This document shows, in pieces, positions 18,375-27,590 of a DNA stretch of 64,000 nucleotides (position 1 is the stretch's first letter; every line of letters begins with the position of its first letter). Origin of the DNA: Negativicutes bacterium (GTDB taxonomy: Bacteria; Bacillota; Negativicutes; UBA1444); assembly GCA_963665275.2 (NCBI GenBank), contig CAXXIN010000005.1:64001-128000 (forward strand). The letters run 5' to 3'. The position numbers and the translations under genes were made by a program. Below the pieces are notes generated by a model. It was not told the DNA's origin and ran no database searches. It was given only the letters and a program-made list of their open reading frames with translations.

Positions 18375-19571
18375 TTAAAGGACCCCCTCCTGCTTTAACG
18401 CATCAATTTCTTCTTTTGTCATGCCAAGCATCGAGGTAAGAATTTCTTCATTGTGCTCGCCTAGTCCGGGAGAAGGGGTGCGAATACTTGATTTTGTCTC
18501 GGAAAATTTGATGTGCGTGCCAGTGAGTTTGATGGGGCCAGCCTTAGGATGAACCGTATCGACGAACATTTCACGTGCGCCGCCAATGTGTGGATCAGCG
18601 ACAACTTGGTCGATGTTATAAATTGGAGCAGCGGGGATGCCAACGGCGAGAAGTTCCTCGACAATTTCTGATACAGTTTTGTTTTTTGTCCACTCTTCGA
18701 CGAGCTGCTTAACCACGACATGGTTTTTTACGCGATCCCGCGTCCGGGCATAGTCAGGATGATCCACCAGTTCCGGATGACCGATATGTTTGGCGAACAA
18801 AGCCCACAGCTTGTCGTTGCCACCGCCGATGATAACCAGGTCGTCTTTTGCCTGGAAGGAGTCATAAGGATAGACGGATTCGTATCGGTTGCCGATGCGT
18901 TGGGGCAAGCGGTTTTCAACCAGATAAATCATGTTTATTATTTCCAGACTGGCGACTGCTGAATCGACCAGCGCAACATCGACAACTTGGCCGCGGCCCG
19001 TATGAGATCGATTGTAAATCGCTGACAGGATGCCGATGGTGACGGATAAGCCTCCCAATACGTCGCCCATGGCGGTGCCGGAGCGGGTGGGGGCGCCGCC
19101 GGGCCAACCTGTCGTGCTCATGAGACCGCTCATTGCCTGGCTGATGATGTCATAGCCGGGGCGTTTGGTATAGGGACCGTATTGTCCAAAACCCGAAACT
19201 GCCGCATAAATGATCGCTGGGTTGATTTCGCTCAATACCTCATAGCCAAGACCAAGCTTGGTCATGGTGCCGGGGCGATAGTTTTCCAGGACTACGTCCG
19301 CTTTTTTTACAAGATCCTTGAAAATCTGTTTGCCTTTGGGCGACTTCAAGTTCAGGCTCATTCCCTTTTTGTTTCGGTTAAGATTCATGTAGTAAGCGCT
19401 TTCCCCATTAAGAAAAGGCCCCATTTGACGACAGTCGGCGCCTTTGCCGGATTCTTCAATCTTGATTACATTGGCCCCCATGTCTGCCATCATCATGCTT
19501 GAAAATGGTCCAGCCAAAACACGCGTCAAATCGAGGACCGTAATTCCCTCCAAGGCTCCCAGTCTTTGCAT
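18375..19571 (-). CDS. class III (CaiB/BaiF) CoA-transferase
   Basis: LDLTRVLAGP, NRNKK, ENYRPG, GYDIISQAMSG, catalytic Asp in MGDVLGG. Confidence 0.94.
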   Translation of the reverse strand: MQRLGALEGITVLDLTRVLAGPFSSMMMADMGANVIKIEESGKGADCRQMGPFLNGESAYYMNLNRNKKGMSLNLKSPKGKQIFKDLVKKADVVLENYRPGTMTKLGLGYEVLSEINPAIIYAAVSGFGQYGPYTKRPGYDIISQAMSGLMSTTGWPGGAPTRSGTAMGDVLGGLSVTIGILSAIYNRSHTGRGQVVDVALVDSAVASLEIINMIYLVENRLPQRIGNRYESVYPYDSFQAKDDLVIIGGGNDKLWALFAKHIGHPELVDHPDYARTRDRVKNHVVVKQLVEEWTKNKTVSEIVEELLAVGIPAAPIYNIDQVVADPHIGGAREMFVDTVHPKAGPIKLTGTHIKFSETKSSIRTPSPGLGEHNEEILTSMLGMTKEEIDALKQEGVL

Positions 19572-19616
19572 TTGAATTCCCCCCTGTTTTATATTTTCGC
19601 TTATTATTTTGAATTA

Positions 19617-19632
19617 TGCAATTTTTATGCCA
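19617..19632 (-). promoter_or_regulatory. sigma54 (-24/-12) promoter of the CoA-transferase operon
   Basis: Minus strand reads TGGCAT-aaaaa-TTGCA, about 45 bp before the start codon. Confidence 0.85.
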
Positions 19633-19735
19633 AGCGGTTTATTTGAAAAAAGCTTGGCGATTGAAGCTGGAATGATTACAATCAATATAGGGTGTGGGAG
19701 CCATAACGTCAAATGGCGTCGGGAGGAAGCAAAAA

Positions 19736-21625
19736 GTGAGCAGAATCGTGATGATCTCCCCGTTCAAGGATTTGGAGGAAGCGGCACGCCAAGTCGCCGA
19801 AGAATTGAACATTTCGTTAGAAATCTATAAAGGCGGCATGGATGCAGCCAGTGAAGCCATCGACCGTCTAGCGGGACCGGAAGTGGATGTTTTCATTAGC
19901 AGGGGCGGCACCTCGGACTATATAGCCCGTCATTATAGCGCGCCCGTTGTGAACATCAATACCGGTTTGTATGACATTATGGAATCCTGTGAGGAAGCTC
20001 GGAAAATTTCACGCAATATCGCTATCACGTCGTTTGCTAAGCCTTTCGTCGGTATGAGGCTGCTGGAAAAAGCTATGGATATCGCTATTACTGAACTGGT
20101 TTTCCGTAGCCAGAACGATCTTGAAAAACTCATTGCGGACCTATCCAACGAGGGCAATTATTGTGTGGTCGGTGGCGGGCAGACTGTGCCGGAGGCTCAG
20201 AAAAACGGGTTGCCGGCAGTGTTCCTGCGTGCAAGTCGTGATACAATTCGCGGAGCTTTGCTGCAGGCCGTGGAGGTGGCGCGACTGCGTCGGGAAGAAA
20301 AACGGCGGGCGTATCGTCTGAAAGCCATTCTGGATAGCGTGTATGATGGAATCATTGCTGTGGATGGGGAAGGGAAAGTGGAAATAATGAATCCGGCCGC
20401 CGAACGGATGCTGAATATCAAGGCGGCTCAATCCATAGGCCGGCAGGCGAATCTGGTGATTCCCAACAGCCGTTTAAATGAGGTTCTAAATACTGGCAAG
20501 GCGGAAATTGGAGAACTGCAAGATATGGGGAATATCCATATCGTTACTAATCGCGTTCCGATTAAGGATGAAACTGAAATTATGGGAGCGGTCGCGACTT
20601 TTCAGGATGCATCCCGGTTGATTCAGGTTGAACACCGGCTGCGTCGTGAGATGAGCAAAAACCGGTTTGTCGCAAAATATCGCCTGAACGATATTTTGGG
20701 AGAGTCGCCGCTGATTGTTGAAACCAAAGAGATGGCTGCCAAGTTCGCTTTGTCTGATCTTACCCTGTTGATTTATGGGCCTTCCGGCAGCGGCAAGGAG
20801 ATGTTTGCCCAGGGGATTCATTTGGCCGGAAAACGGAAGATGCATCCCTTTGTGGCAATCAATTGCGCAGCTTTACCGCCGACATTGCTGGAGAGCGAAT
20901 TGTTCGGCTATGATGAGGGGGCTTTTACCGGCGCCAAACGCAAGGGAAAGCTGGGGCTTTTTGAACTGGGGCATGGAGGGACGGTCTTTTTGGATGAAAT
21001 CGACTCCTTGCCCATTGAACTTCAGGGACGATTGCTGCGAATTTTGCAGGAAAAAGAAGTTCTCCGGGTTGGCGGTGACATGATCATTCCGGTCGATATC
21101 CGGGTCATCGCTGCTACCAATAAACTGCCGCATGAACTGGTTGCCGCAGGGAAACTGCGCGAAGACCTGTATTATCGTCTTAATGTTTTGTATCTGGAGA
21201 TTCCGAGTCTCAGGGATCGGATTCAGGACATACCCCTCTTGAGTCGGCACTTTTTGACTGCGCTGAAGGCGGAAAACGGACTGCTTGGAATCAAAGAGCT
21301 TATGCCGTTCTTGCTCCGCTACCGTTGGCCCGGCAACGTGCGGGAGTTATTGAATTTCTGCCAACGGTTGTCTTTTTATCAAGACGGCGTATTGCATGCC
21401 ACCGAGGCGGAAAAACTTCTCCGCAGAATAGCTCCCAATATGCTCTCGGCTGTGAAAATGCAGCTGGATGAAGAAGGTCTTAGCACTCGGGTGAACGCGT
21501 TCGAGGCTGGAATAATCCGGGAAACTTTGCAAAAAACCGGTAGCCTGCGCAAAGCTGCTGAAAAGTTGGGTATGCCGAAATCAACGTTGGCTCGCAAAAT
21601 AAAAAATAAAAACGAGAACGATTGA
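19736..21625 (+). CDS. PrpR-like sigma54-dependent activator (PrpR_N, PAS, AAA+, HTH)
   Basis: ISRGGT, PAS domain, GPSGSGKE, GAFTGA, FLDEID, WPGNVREL; GTG start after GGGAGG. Confidence 0.93.
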   Translation: MSRIVMISPFKDLEEAARQVAEELNISLEIYKGGMDAASEAIDRLAGPEVDVFISRGGTSDYIARHYSAPVVNINTGLYDIMESCEEARKISRNIAITSFAKPFVGMRLLEKAMDIAITELVFRSQNDLEKLIADLSNEGNYCVVGGGQTVPEAQKNGLPAVFLRASRDTIRGALLQAVEVARLRREEKRRAYRLKAILDSVYDGIIAVDGEGKVEIMNPAAERMLNIKAAQSIGRQANLVIPNSRLNEVLNTGKAEIGELQDMGNIHIVTNRVPIKDETEIMGAVATFQDASRLIQVEHRLRREMSKNRFVAKYRLNDILGESPLIVETKEMAAKFALSDLTLLIYGPSGSGKEMFAQGIHLAGKRKMHPFVAINCAALPPTLLESELFGYDEGAFTGAKRKGKLGLFELGHGGTVFLDEIDSLPIELQGRLLRILQEKEVLRVGGDMIIPVDIRVIAATNKLPHELVAAGKLREDLYYRLNVLYLEIPSLRDRIQDIPLLSRHFLTALKAENGLLGIKELMPFLLRYRWPGNVRELLNFCQRLSFYQDGVLHATEAEKLLRRIAPNMLSAVKMQLDEEGLSTRVNAFEAGIIRETLQKTGSLRKAAEKLGMPKSTLARKIKNKNEND

Positions 21626-21633
21626 GGGCGTTC

Positions 21634-21672
21634 TGTCCCGAATGCGGGACAAAATGATTCGAATGTGGGACA
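21634..21672. promoter_or_regulatory. tandem 18-bp palindromic sites, probable bEBP UAS
   Basis: TGTCCCGAATGCGGGACA (21634) and TGATTCGAATGTGGGACA (21655), 21-bp spacing. Confidence 0.5.
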
Positions 21673-21682
21673 GGGCGAAAAT

Positions 21683-22693
21683 TCATTTCAGGTTGACAAT
21701 TTTGGTATAAAGGGCTTTTTGATCGGCATCGAATTTTGCCAGTACTGCGTCTTTTGACTTGGCGCGGAATGCCGCAACGTCAACATCGATAAACGTCATT
21801 TTGGTTTTTAGGTAGGCTTCCAGTGATTGCTCGTTCTTCAGGAAGATCGCATTTTCATAGAGCTGCATCTCCTTGGCGGCATCGAGAACAACTTTTTGAA
21901 GGTCGGTCGGAAGCGATTGGAGGCGTTTTTCGCCGATGCAGACATAGGCCCAGGAGCGGACGTGACTGGTTTTGTTCAGAAATTTCTGCACTTCAAACAA
22001 ATTGGCGGTTTTTATGAGGGAATAAGAGTTTTCACTAGCTTCAATGGCGCCTTGTTGAAGGCTGGTGAACACTTCGTAGAAAGCCACCGGAGCCGGATTG
22101 GCGCCAAGAGCCTGCCAGGTATCGACGAATAAAGGAAAATTGGCAACCCCGACTTTCAGACCTTTCAGGTCATCCGGGGTTATGATAGCCCGGTTGGACG
22201 TAAGATCGCGAGGGCCCCGCTCGAAATAAGCGATTGGATGAATCCGGACTTTTTCGATAACCTGGGCTTCGATTTCTTTGCCGATTTCGCCGGAGGCAAC
22301 TTTGCGGAGCTGAGCGGAGTCATCCAGCAAATACGGTGTCGCCATCAAAATGGTTTTGCTGGCCCCGAATGCGGCAAGGGTTTCGCCGAAGATGCCGAGG
22401 TCCGCTGTGCCGTTCTGAATACTGACGACCAAATCTTTTTCCCTACCAAGCTGTTCGTTGGGATATAATTTGACTACGAGGCGTCCGTGGGAATTCTTTT
22501 CGGCGATTTCTTTGAATTTTAACGCGGCAAGATGCCAGGTGCTTTTTTCGTCAGCAGGGTGTCCGAATTTCAGGGTGATTTTATCTGGCGCAGTGGGGAC
22601 TTCAACTTTCTTTTCTCCATTGCCGCAGCCTGTGGACGTCAGAAGTGCGAAACCCATTACAGCCACGCCTGCCAGCTTAAAAAATTGCTTCAT
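21683..22693 (-). CDS. dctP: orphan TRAP substrate-binding lipoprotein
   Basis: Lipobox STGC, LKFGH, YPNEQLG, EVFTSLQQG; no dctQM adjacent. Confidence 0.88.
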   Translation of the reverse strand: MKQFFKLAGVAVMGFALLTSTGCGNGEKKVEVPTAPDKITLKFGHPADEKSTWHLAALKFKEIAEKNSHGRLVVKLYPNEQLGREKDLVVSIQNGTADLGIFGETLAAFGASKTILMATPYLLDDSAQLRKVASGEIGKEIEAQVIEKVRIHPIAYFERGPRDLTSNRAIITPDDLKGLKVGVANFPLFVDTWQALGANPAPVAFYEVFTSLQQGAIEASENSYSLIKTANLFEVQKFLNKTSHVRSWAYVCIGEKRLQSLPTDLQKVVLDAAKEMQLYENAIFLKNEQSLEAYLKTKMTFIDVDVAAFRAKSKDAVLAKFDADQKALYTKIVNLK

Positions 22694-22732
22694 GCGTACA
22701 CGGTCCTTTCCTAAATTCATATAATTACAATT

Positions 22733-22758
22733 ATTCGATTTTGTTCCCTGGATTCCTG
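22733..22758 (-). promoter_or_regulatory. sigmaH-like promoter
   Basis: CAGGA-N17-GAAT upstream of the orphan dctP. Confidence 0.45.
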
Positions 22759-22925
22759 TAATCAATAGCTGAAATGGAAGGTTCTTTGGCGTAAAGGGTA
22801 AAGTGTTTGGCTGGAAAATGGCTTCCAAAGACAATTGAGGCCTTTTTATGAGGTATATAGTATAATAAAGAAATAAACGCACTTTTGCTCTCGAAAATTA
22901 TGAATAAGATGATATGGGAGAAACG

Positions 22926-24104
22926 ATGAAAACTTCATTCGAACAACTGGGAGTCAAACCGGCATTGGTTATGGGACTTGCCAAGGCGGGCATCTCGATT
23001 CCGACGCAGATACAGGAGACTGTTATACCGGACGCCTTGAACGGGCTCGACGTCATCGGTCAGTCAGCAACCGGCACAGGGAAGACGCTGGCTTATTTGT
23101 TGCCGCTATTTCAGAAGGTAGATACCGCAAAACGCGAGATGCAGGCGATCATTCTGGCGCCGACGCATGAACTGGCGATGCAGATTTTTCGGCAGACCGA
23201 ACTATTGGCGCAAAATTCGGGCGAACCGGTAACTGCGGCGGTGATCATCGGGGAAGTGAACATCGTCAGGCAGATCGATAAACTCAAGGAAAAACCCCAC
23301 CTCATCATTGGCTCGGCTGGTCGAATCCTGGAACTGATCCAAAAACGCAAGATCAACTCACAGACGGTTAAAACCATCGTGATCGACGAAGCTGACCGAC
23401 TACTGGACGACAGCAACCGGGCGGCCGTAGCTTCTGTGATCAAGTCTACGCAAAAAGATCGGCAACTGATGCTGTTTTCGGCCACCATTACTCCGCCGGC
23501 AGTCGAGAAAGCGGCCGAATGGATGCAAGATCCGGTATTTTCGGCCGTGCAGGCTGATTCTGCCGTTCCACTCGAGATCGACCATGTTTTTATTATGGCA
23601 GATGCCCGAGACAAGATTGACACACTTCGCAAAATACTGGCCAGTCTCCAGACGAAACGGACGTTGGTTTTCGTCAACACCGCCAACTCCATAGCGGAAG
23701 TTGTCGCCAAGCTTTGCCATCATGGGGTGGCGGCAGTTGGAATTCACGGCAGCTCCATGAAGGGGGAACGGCAGGCGGCGATGGAAGATTTTCACACCGG
23801 TCGTGCACGGGTCATGGTGGCGTCCGATTTGGCAGCTCGCGGACTGGATATTCCCGGCGTGGAAAACGTGGTCAACCTCGACTTGCCGGAAGACCCGCAA
23901 TCTTACCTTCACCGGGCGGGACGGACTGGCCGGGCGGGAGAATTCGGCAGCGTCATCTCGGTCGTGGACCGGACGGAGGCCCGACATATTAACTTTCTAC
24001 AGAAATCACTGCAAATCCGGATTCCGGAAAAACTGCTTTCATATGGGAAACTCGTTGATCCGGCAAAGCCGGTTCGACGTGAGACCCTGAAAAAATCAAA
24101 ATAG
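22926..24104 (+). CDS. DEAD-box RNA helicase
   Basis: Q motif PTQIQ, ATGTGKT, DEAD, SAT, ARGLD, HRAGRTGR. Confidence 0.95.
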   Translation: MKTSFEQLGVKPALVMGLAKAGISIPTQIQETVIPDALNGLDVIGQSATGTGKTLAYLLPLFQKVDTAKREMQAIILAPTHELAMQIFRQTELLAQNSGEPVTAAVIIGEVNIVRQIDKLKEKPHLIIGSAGRILELIQKRKINSQTVKTIVIDEADRLLDDSNRAAVASVIKSTQKDRQLMLFSATITPPAVEKAAEWMQDPVFSAVQADSAVPLEIDHVFIMADARDKIDTLRKILASLQTKRTLVFVNTANSIAEVVAKLCHHGVAAVGIHGSSMKGERQAAMEDFHTGRARVMVASDLAARGLDIPGVENVVNLDLPEDPQSYLHRAGRTGRAGEFGSVISVVDRTEARHINFLQKSLQIRIPEKLLSYGKLVDPAKPVRRETLKKSK

Positions 24105-24117
24105 GGAAAAGGTAACG

Positions 24118-24161
24118 ACGAGGGTAGCTTTATACAATTGGTATAAACTTACCCTCGTTTT
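24118..24161 (+). terminator. intrinsic terminator
   Basis: ACGAGGGTA...TACCCTCGT stem followed by a T tract. Confidence 0.65.
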
Positions 24162-24292
24162 CGTATGTTAACTTTGAAACATCAGGATAATGAATGCACG
24201 TTGTGTTTCCGGTAAGATATAAATACCAATGGGGCGAAACTGATGCGATGGGCGAAACCATTACCGCTGTGAAGGCTTTCCGGAGGTGTGCG

Positions 24293-24931
24293 ATGAGCTC
24301 GAAAATAGTGCAGATGGTCCGCTATGGCAGTACGGGGGCTTTTTTGTTCGGCCTGGGGTTGTTGATATTTATTTGTGGTGGGGTTCAGTATCAAGTGTAT
24401 AGTGAACAACAGCGGGGGTATGCTGAAGCGGCCCAGCCGCTCCCACTGGCGAATGCGAAAACTGATTTTCCATATAAGCTTGATGAGGGTTGGATGGGTG
24501 CACAGACAAAGAAAAAAGAGCATCTGGCGTTGCAGGATCAGATGCTCTTGGACATGAAAAAAAAAGAATATCAGTTGCGGGTCGCAGAACACTTGCGAGA
24601 ATGGGGAACGAGCCGGGGGGTACGGCGGGGGCAACAGGTAACGCTGGAATCAACGGGATATACCTGCGGTCCGGAGTCCACCGGGAAATATCCGTCCGCG
24701 CCCGACTACTGTCAAACCGCGTCCGGGTATAGGTTGAGGCCTGGCGATAAAGTGGTTGCCATGGGGAAGAAATATCCGTTTGGCGCCGTGGTAATCATTC
24801 CGGGCTACGGGGTGGCTACGGTCAGAGATCGTGGCGGTGCGGTTAGTGACAGTCATATCGACCTTTATTTCGAGCGGGTGGAAGATGCATTGCGATGGGG
24901 GCGAAGAATGGTGAATGTAACGGTTCTCTAA
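24293..24931 (+). CDS. membrane-anchored 3D-domain protein (lytic transglycosylase-like)
   Basis: N-terminal TM helix; TGY...TASG, IPGYG, DRGGAV, IDLYF, WGRR; RBS GGAGG. Confidence 0.8.
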   Translation: MSSKIVQMVRYGSTGAFLFGLGLLIFICGGVQYQVYSEQQRGYAEAAQPLPLANAKTDFPYKLDEGWMGAQTKKKEHLALQDQMLLDMKKKEYQLRVAEHLREWGTSRGVRRGQQVTLESTGYTCGPESTGKYPSAPDYCQTASGYRLRPGDKVVAMGKKYPFGAVVIIPGYGVATVRDRGGAVSDSHIDLYFERVEDALRWGRRMVNVTVL

Positions 24932-27393
24932 AGTAATTTGACGAATTGTCCGACCAAGTGTGGATCGAATTGTGTTCCTGCGCAGCGGTGGAGTTCTGCA
25001 ATCGCACTGGTTTGACTCAGGGCTTGGCGATAGGGGCGATCGTGGGTCATAGCGTCGAAAGCGTCGACGATGGACAAGATCCGGCATTCCAACGGAATGG
25101 CGTCTTCCGTGAGCCCAAGCGGATAACCGCAGCCGTTCCACCACTCCTGATGCTTGAGAATCCAACCGGCGATCGGCGCCAGATCTGGCGTGGACATCGC
25201 GATGCGATGCCCGATTTCGCAATGCTTCTGCATGATCGTCCGTTCGTCTGCATTCAGGGGGCCGGGTTTGAATAAAACATTGTCAGGGATCCCGACTTTT
25301 CCTATATCGTGAAAGTGAGCCAACAGGCGAAGATCCGGCAAACTGCTCTCTGGCAGTTCCAGGGACCGGGCGAAGTTTTCGACGAGGTCCTGAAGCCGGT
25401 CTCCATGACCTTCGGTGATGAAATCCCGAACTTCGAGAGCCTTGACAAGTCCCTGAACAATAGTGCTGCGGGCGCTGTTTTTTTGATGGAGTTTCTCGCG
25501 ATACATATTGTTGTCGGCTTCTTTGAACATTGCGTTCATGTCAACCGGACTCTGACGGCTTACGGCATAACCCAACGACAGGCTGAGCGGCAGAGTGGGA
25601 TGCAGAAGGTTGTATTTCCGGACGTGTTTCTTGATTCGGTGGCAGGCGTTTTCACAAGCTTTGACCGAATTAGGGGTAAGCAGGACGACGAATTCATCCC
25701 CGCCAATCCGTGAGATGACATCGCCGGGACGAAACGATTGACGCAAAATATCAGCTGCGCTCTTTAAGACGTCGTCGCCGGTCTTGTGGCCGAGGGAGTC
25801 GTTGACGATCTTTAACCCGTCCACGTCGCACATCAGTAAGCTGACGGCCTTTTCGCGCTGCATTTCATACCTGCGCATTTCTTCTTCAAAGAACGTTCGG
25901 TTGTAGCAGCCGGTTAATGCATCATGCAGGCTGAGGTGCGTCAACTGAGCTTCCATTCTCTTGCGGTCCGTCACGTTACGACAGAGCGCTAACGCCTGAT
26001 CGCCGGTTCTTAATGCGATGCGGGCTTCGTAGAAGGACAGTTTGTCGCCGTCAGCCAGCTCATATTCGAAAAGCTGCAGATCATTGGTTTCGAAAGCGCG
26101 CTCAAGTTTTTCTTCCATCAGGTCTTTGAGGACAGGCGGGAAGATGTCGGAGATTTTTTTGCCAAGAAACAGTTCCGAGGGAAGAAAGAAAGCGTCAGTC
26201 CCCTCATGGCACTCAAGAAAAGTTCCATCGCGGCGCAACACGAACAACAGGTCGGGAATTGCATTGATGGTAGCTTGCAACGAGGTTTCCGCTGTGCGCC
26301 GTTCTCGATTCTCACGCTCGTACGATTCAAGGAGAGTCGCGTTGTCCAGAGCGACGGAAGCCATTTCAGCAAATCGGCTCAGCAGGGACACTTCTTCCGG
26401 CCCGAATTCTTTTCCTAGTTCACAATAGGCCAGTCCGATCGTGCCGATGACCAGGGATTCTGCTTTAAGTGGAATCTGCAGAACCGCATAAATATTATCG
26501 GCTTGCACAGATTCGGGGTTTTGCTTTTTCCAGGTGTGATAGTCATTGATCGTAGCCGGCGCTCCAGTCCGGTATACCAATCCGCTGATTCCCTTGTCCG
26601 CAGAGATTTCATGGCCGATATCCGCTGCATAGATCCCCAGTCCATGGGTCCGCCGGAATACTTGGCGCGAGCTGTCCAGAATATAAATAAAACCGTGATT
26701 TGTGCCGACCAGACTCGTGGCGTCGGCGACGATCATGGATAACAACTCGGCGGGATTGCTTCTGTGCATAAGGCCGAGGGCGGTTCCCTGCAAGGACGAT
26801 AAAATCGCATTCTGGCGCTGAATTTCCGATTCTTTCTCCAGCAGCTCCTGGAACTGCGACCGCAAATCTTCTTCAGAGGCGGTGAGTTCTTCATTGGTGG
26901 CGGTGAGCTCTTCGTTGGCAGCCGTCAATTCTTCATTGGCGGCAATCAGCTCTTCGTTTAGGCTTTGCTGCTTTTGCTCGCTTTCCTGCAGAGCCTTCTC
27001 CAAGGCAACCGTTGCGGTGATATCGCGAACAATGCTGATCACGGCCTTGAGCCCGTTGATCTGCAGATTTTTGGAGTTCACTTCGACAGGGAAAGGTTCG
27101 CCGCTATTACGCTGATGTTGCGTGCGAAACGAAACGGAGCCTGCATAAGCGGCTGCCAGCTGAAGTTCAAGCTGAGGCAGCTGATCCGGCGCCCGCAGGT
27201 TTTTAACGGATAGGGTCTGAAGTTCGGTCACCGGGTATCCGTAGGCATCCGCCGCTGACTGGTTGGCATACAGGATCCTTGAATCTGGACCGACGACAAG
27301 GATAATGTCCTTCGCCTGATCCAAAATATCGTAAAAAATATTGGAGCTTAGAGTGGATAAATTCTCAAAGGCTGTATCAGTGGTCAATTTCAA
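24928..27393 (-). CDS. PAS-GAF-PAS-GGDEF-HD-GYP c-di-GMP metabolism protein
   Basis: HDALTG, RIGGDEF, HDIGK, HQEWWNGCGYP, DAFDAMT. Confidence 0.93.
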   Translation of the reverse strand: MKLTTDTAFENLSTLSSNIFYDILDQAKDIILVVGPDSRILYANQSAADAYGYPVTELQTLSVKNLRAPDQLPQLELQLAAAYAGSVSFRTQHQRNSGEPFPVEVNSKNLQINGLKAVISIVRDITATVALEKALQESEQKQQSLNEELIAANEELTAANEELTATNEELTASEEDLRSQFQELLEKESEIQRQNAILSSLQGTALGLMHRSNPAELLSMIVADATSLVGTNHGFIYILDSSRQVFRRTHGLGIYAADIGHEISADKGISGLVYRTGAPATINDYHTWKKQNPESVQADNIYAVLQIPLKAESLVIGTIGLAYCELGKEFGPEEVSLLSRFAEMASVALDNATLLESYERENRERRTAETSLQATINAIPDLLFVLRRDGTFLECHEGTDAFFLPSELFLGKKISDIFPPVLKDLMEEKLERAFETNDLQLFEYELADGDKLSFYEARIALRTGDQALALCRNVTDRKRMEAQLTHLSLHDALTGCYNRTFFEEEMRRYEMQREKAVSLLMCDVDGLKIVNDSLGHKTGDDVLKSAADILRQSFRPGDVISRIGGDEFVVLLTPNSVKACENACHRIKKHVRKYNLLHPTLPLSLSLGYAVSRQSPVDMNAMFKEADNNMYREKLHQKNSARSTIVQGLVKALEVRDFITEGHGDRLQDLVENFARSLELPESSLPDLRLLAHFHDIGKVGIPDNVLFKPGPLNADERTIMQKHCEIGHRIAMSTPDLAPIAGWILKHQEWWNGCGYPLGLTEDAIPLECRILSIVDAFDAMTHDRPYRQALSQTSAIAELHRCAGTQFDPHLVGQFVKLL
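26868..26963 (-). repeat. in-frame 21-nt heptad repeats (xNEELTA coiled coil)
   Basis: LNEELIA-ANEELTA-ANEELTA-TNEELTA-SEEDL. Confidence 0.75.
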
Positions 27394-27447
27394 CAGAAAT
27401 CCTCCCTGATATACAATTTGCTATCAAACAAAATGATATGAATGAAA

Positions 27448-27475
27448 ATTCGCTATAGACAACTGTTCTTCCTGC
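27448..27475 (-). promoter_or_regulatory. sigmaH-like promoter
   Basis: GCAGGA-N18-GAAT upstream of the GGDEF/HD-GYP gene. Confidence 0.45.
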
Positions 27476-27590
27476 AATAGAAAGATAATTTATGCAAGCA
27501 AAAAAAGAGGGATTCTCTGCCAGAGGTCAAATATTGAATATTAGGGCAATGCGGTTGTTGTCAGTGTATATAGGGAAGGGGTAGAGAAAG

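Noticed and set aside
24180-24292. c-di-AMP or c-di-GMP riboswitch before the 3D-domain gene
   Set aside because: Only a GGGGCGAA fragment resembles the consensus; the other conserved elements are missing
26868-26963. 21-bp tandem repeats as a CRISPR or VNTR element
   Set aside because: In-frame, synonymously diverged coiled-coil heptads with no spacers
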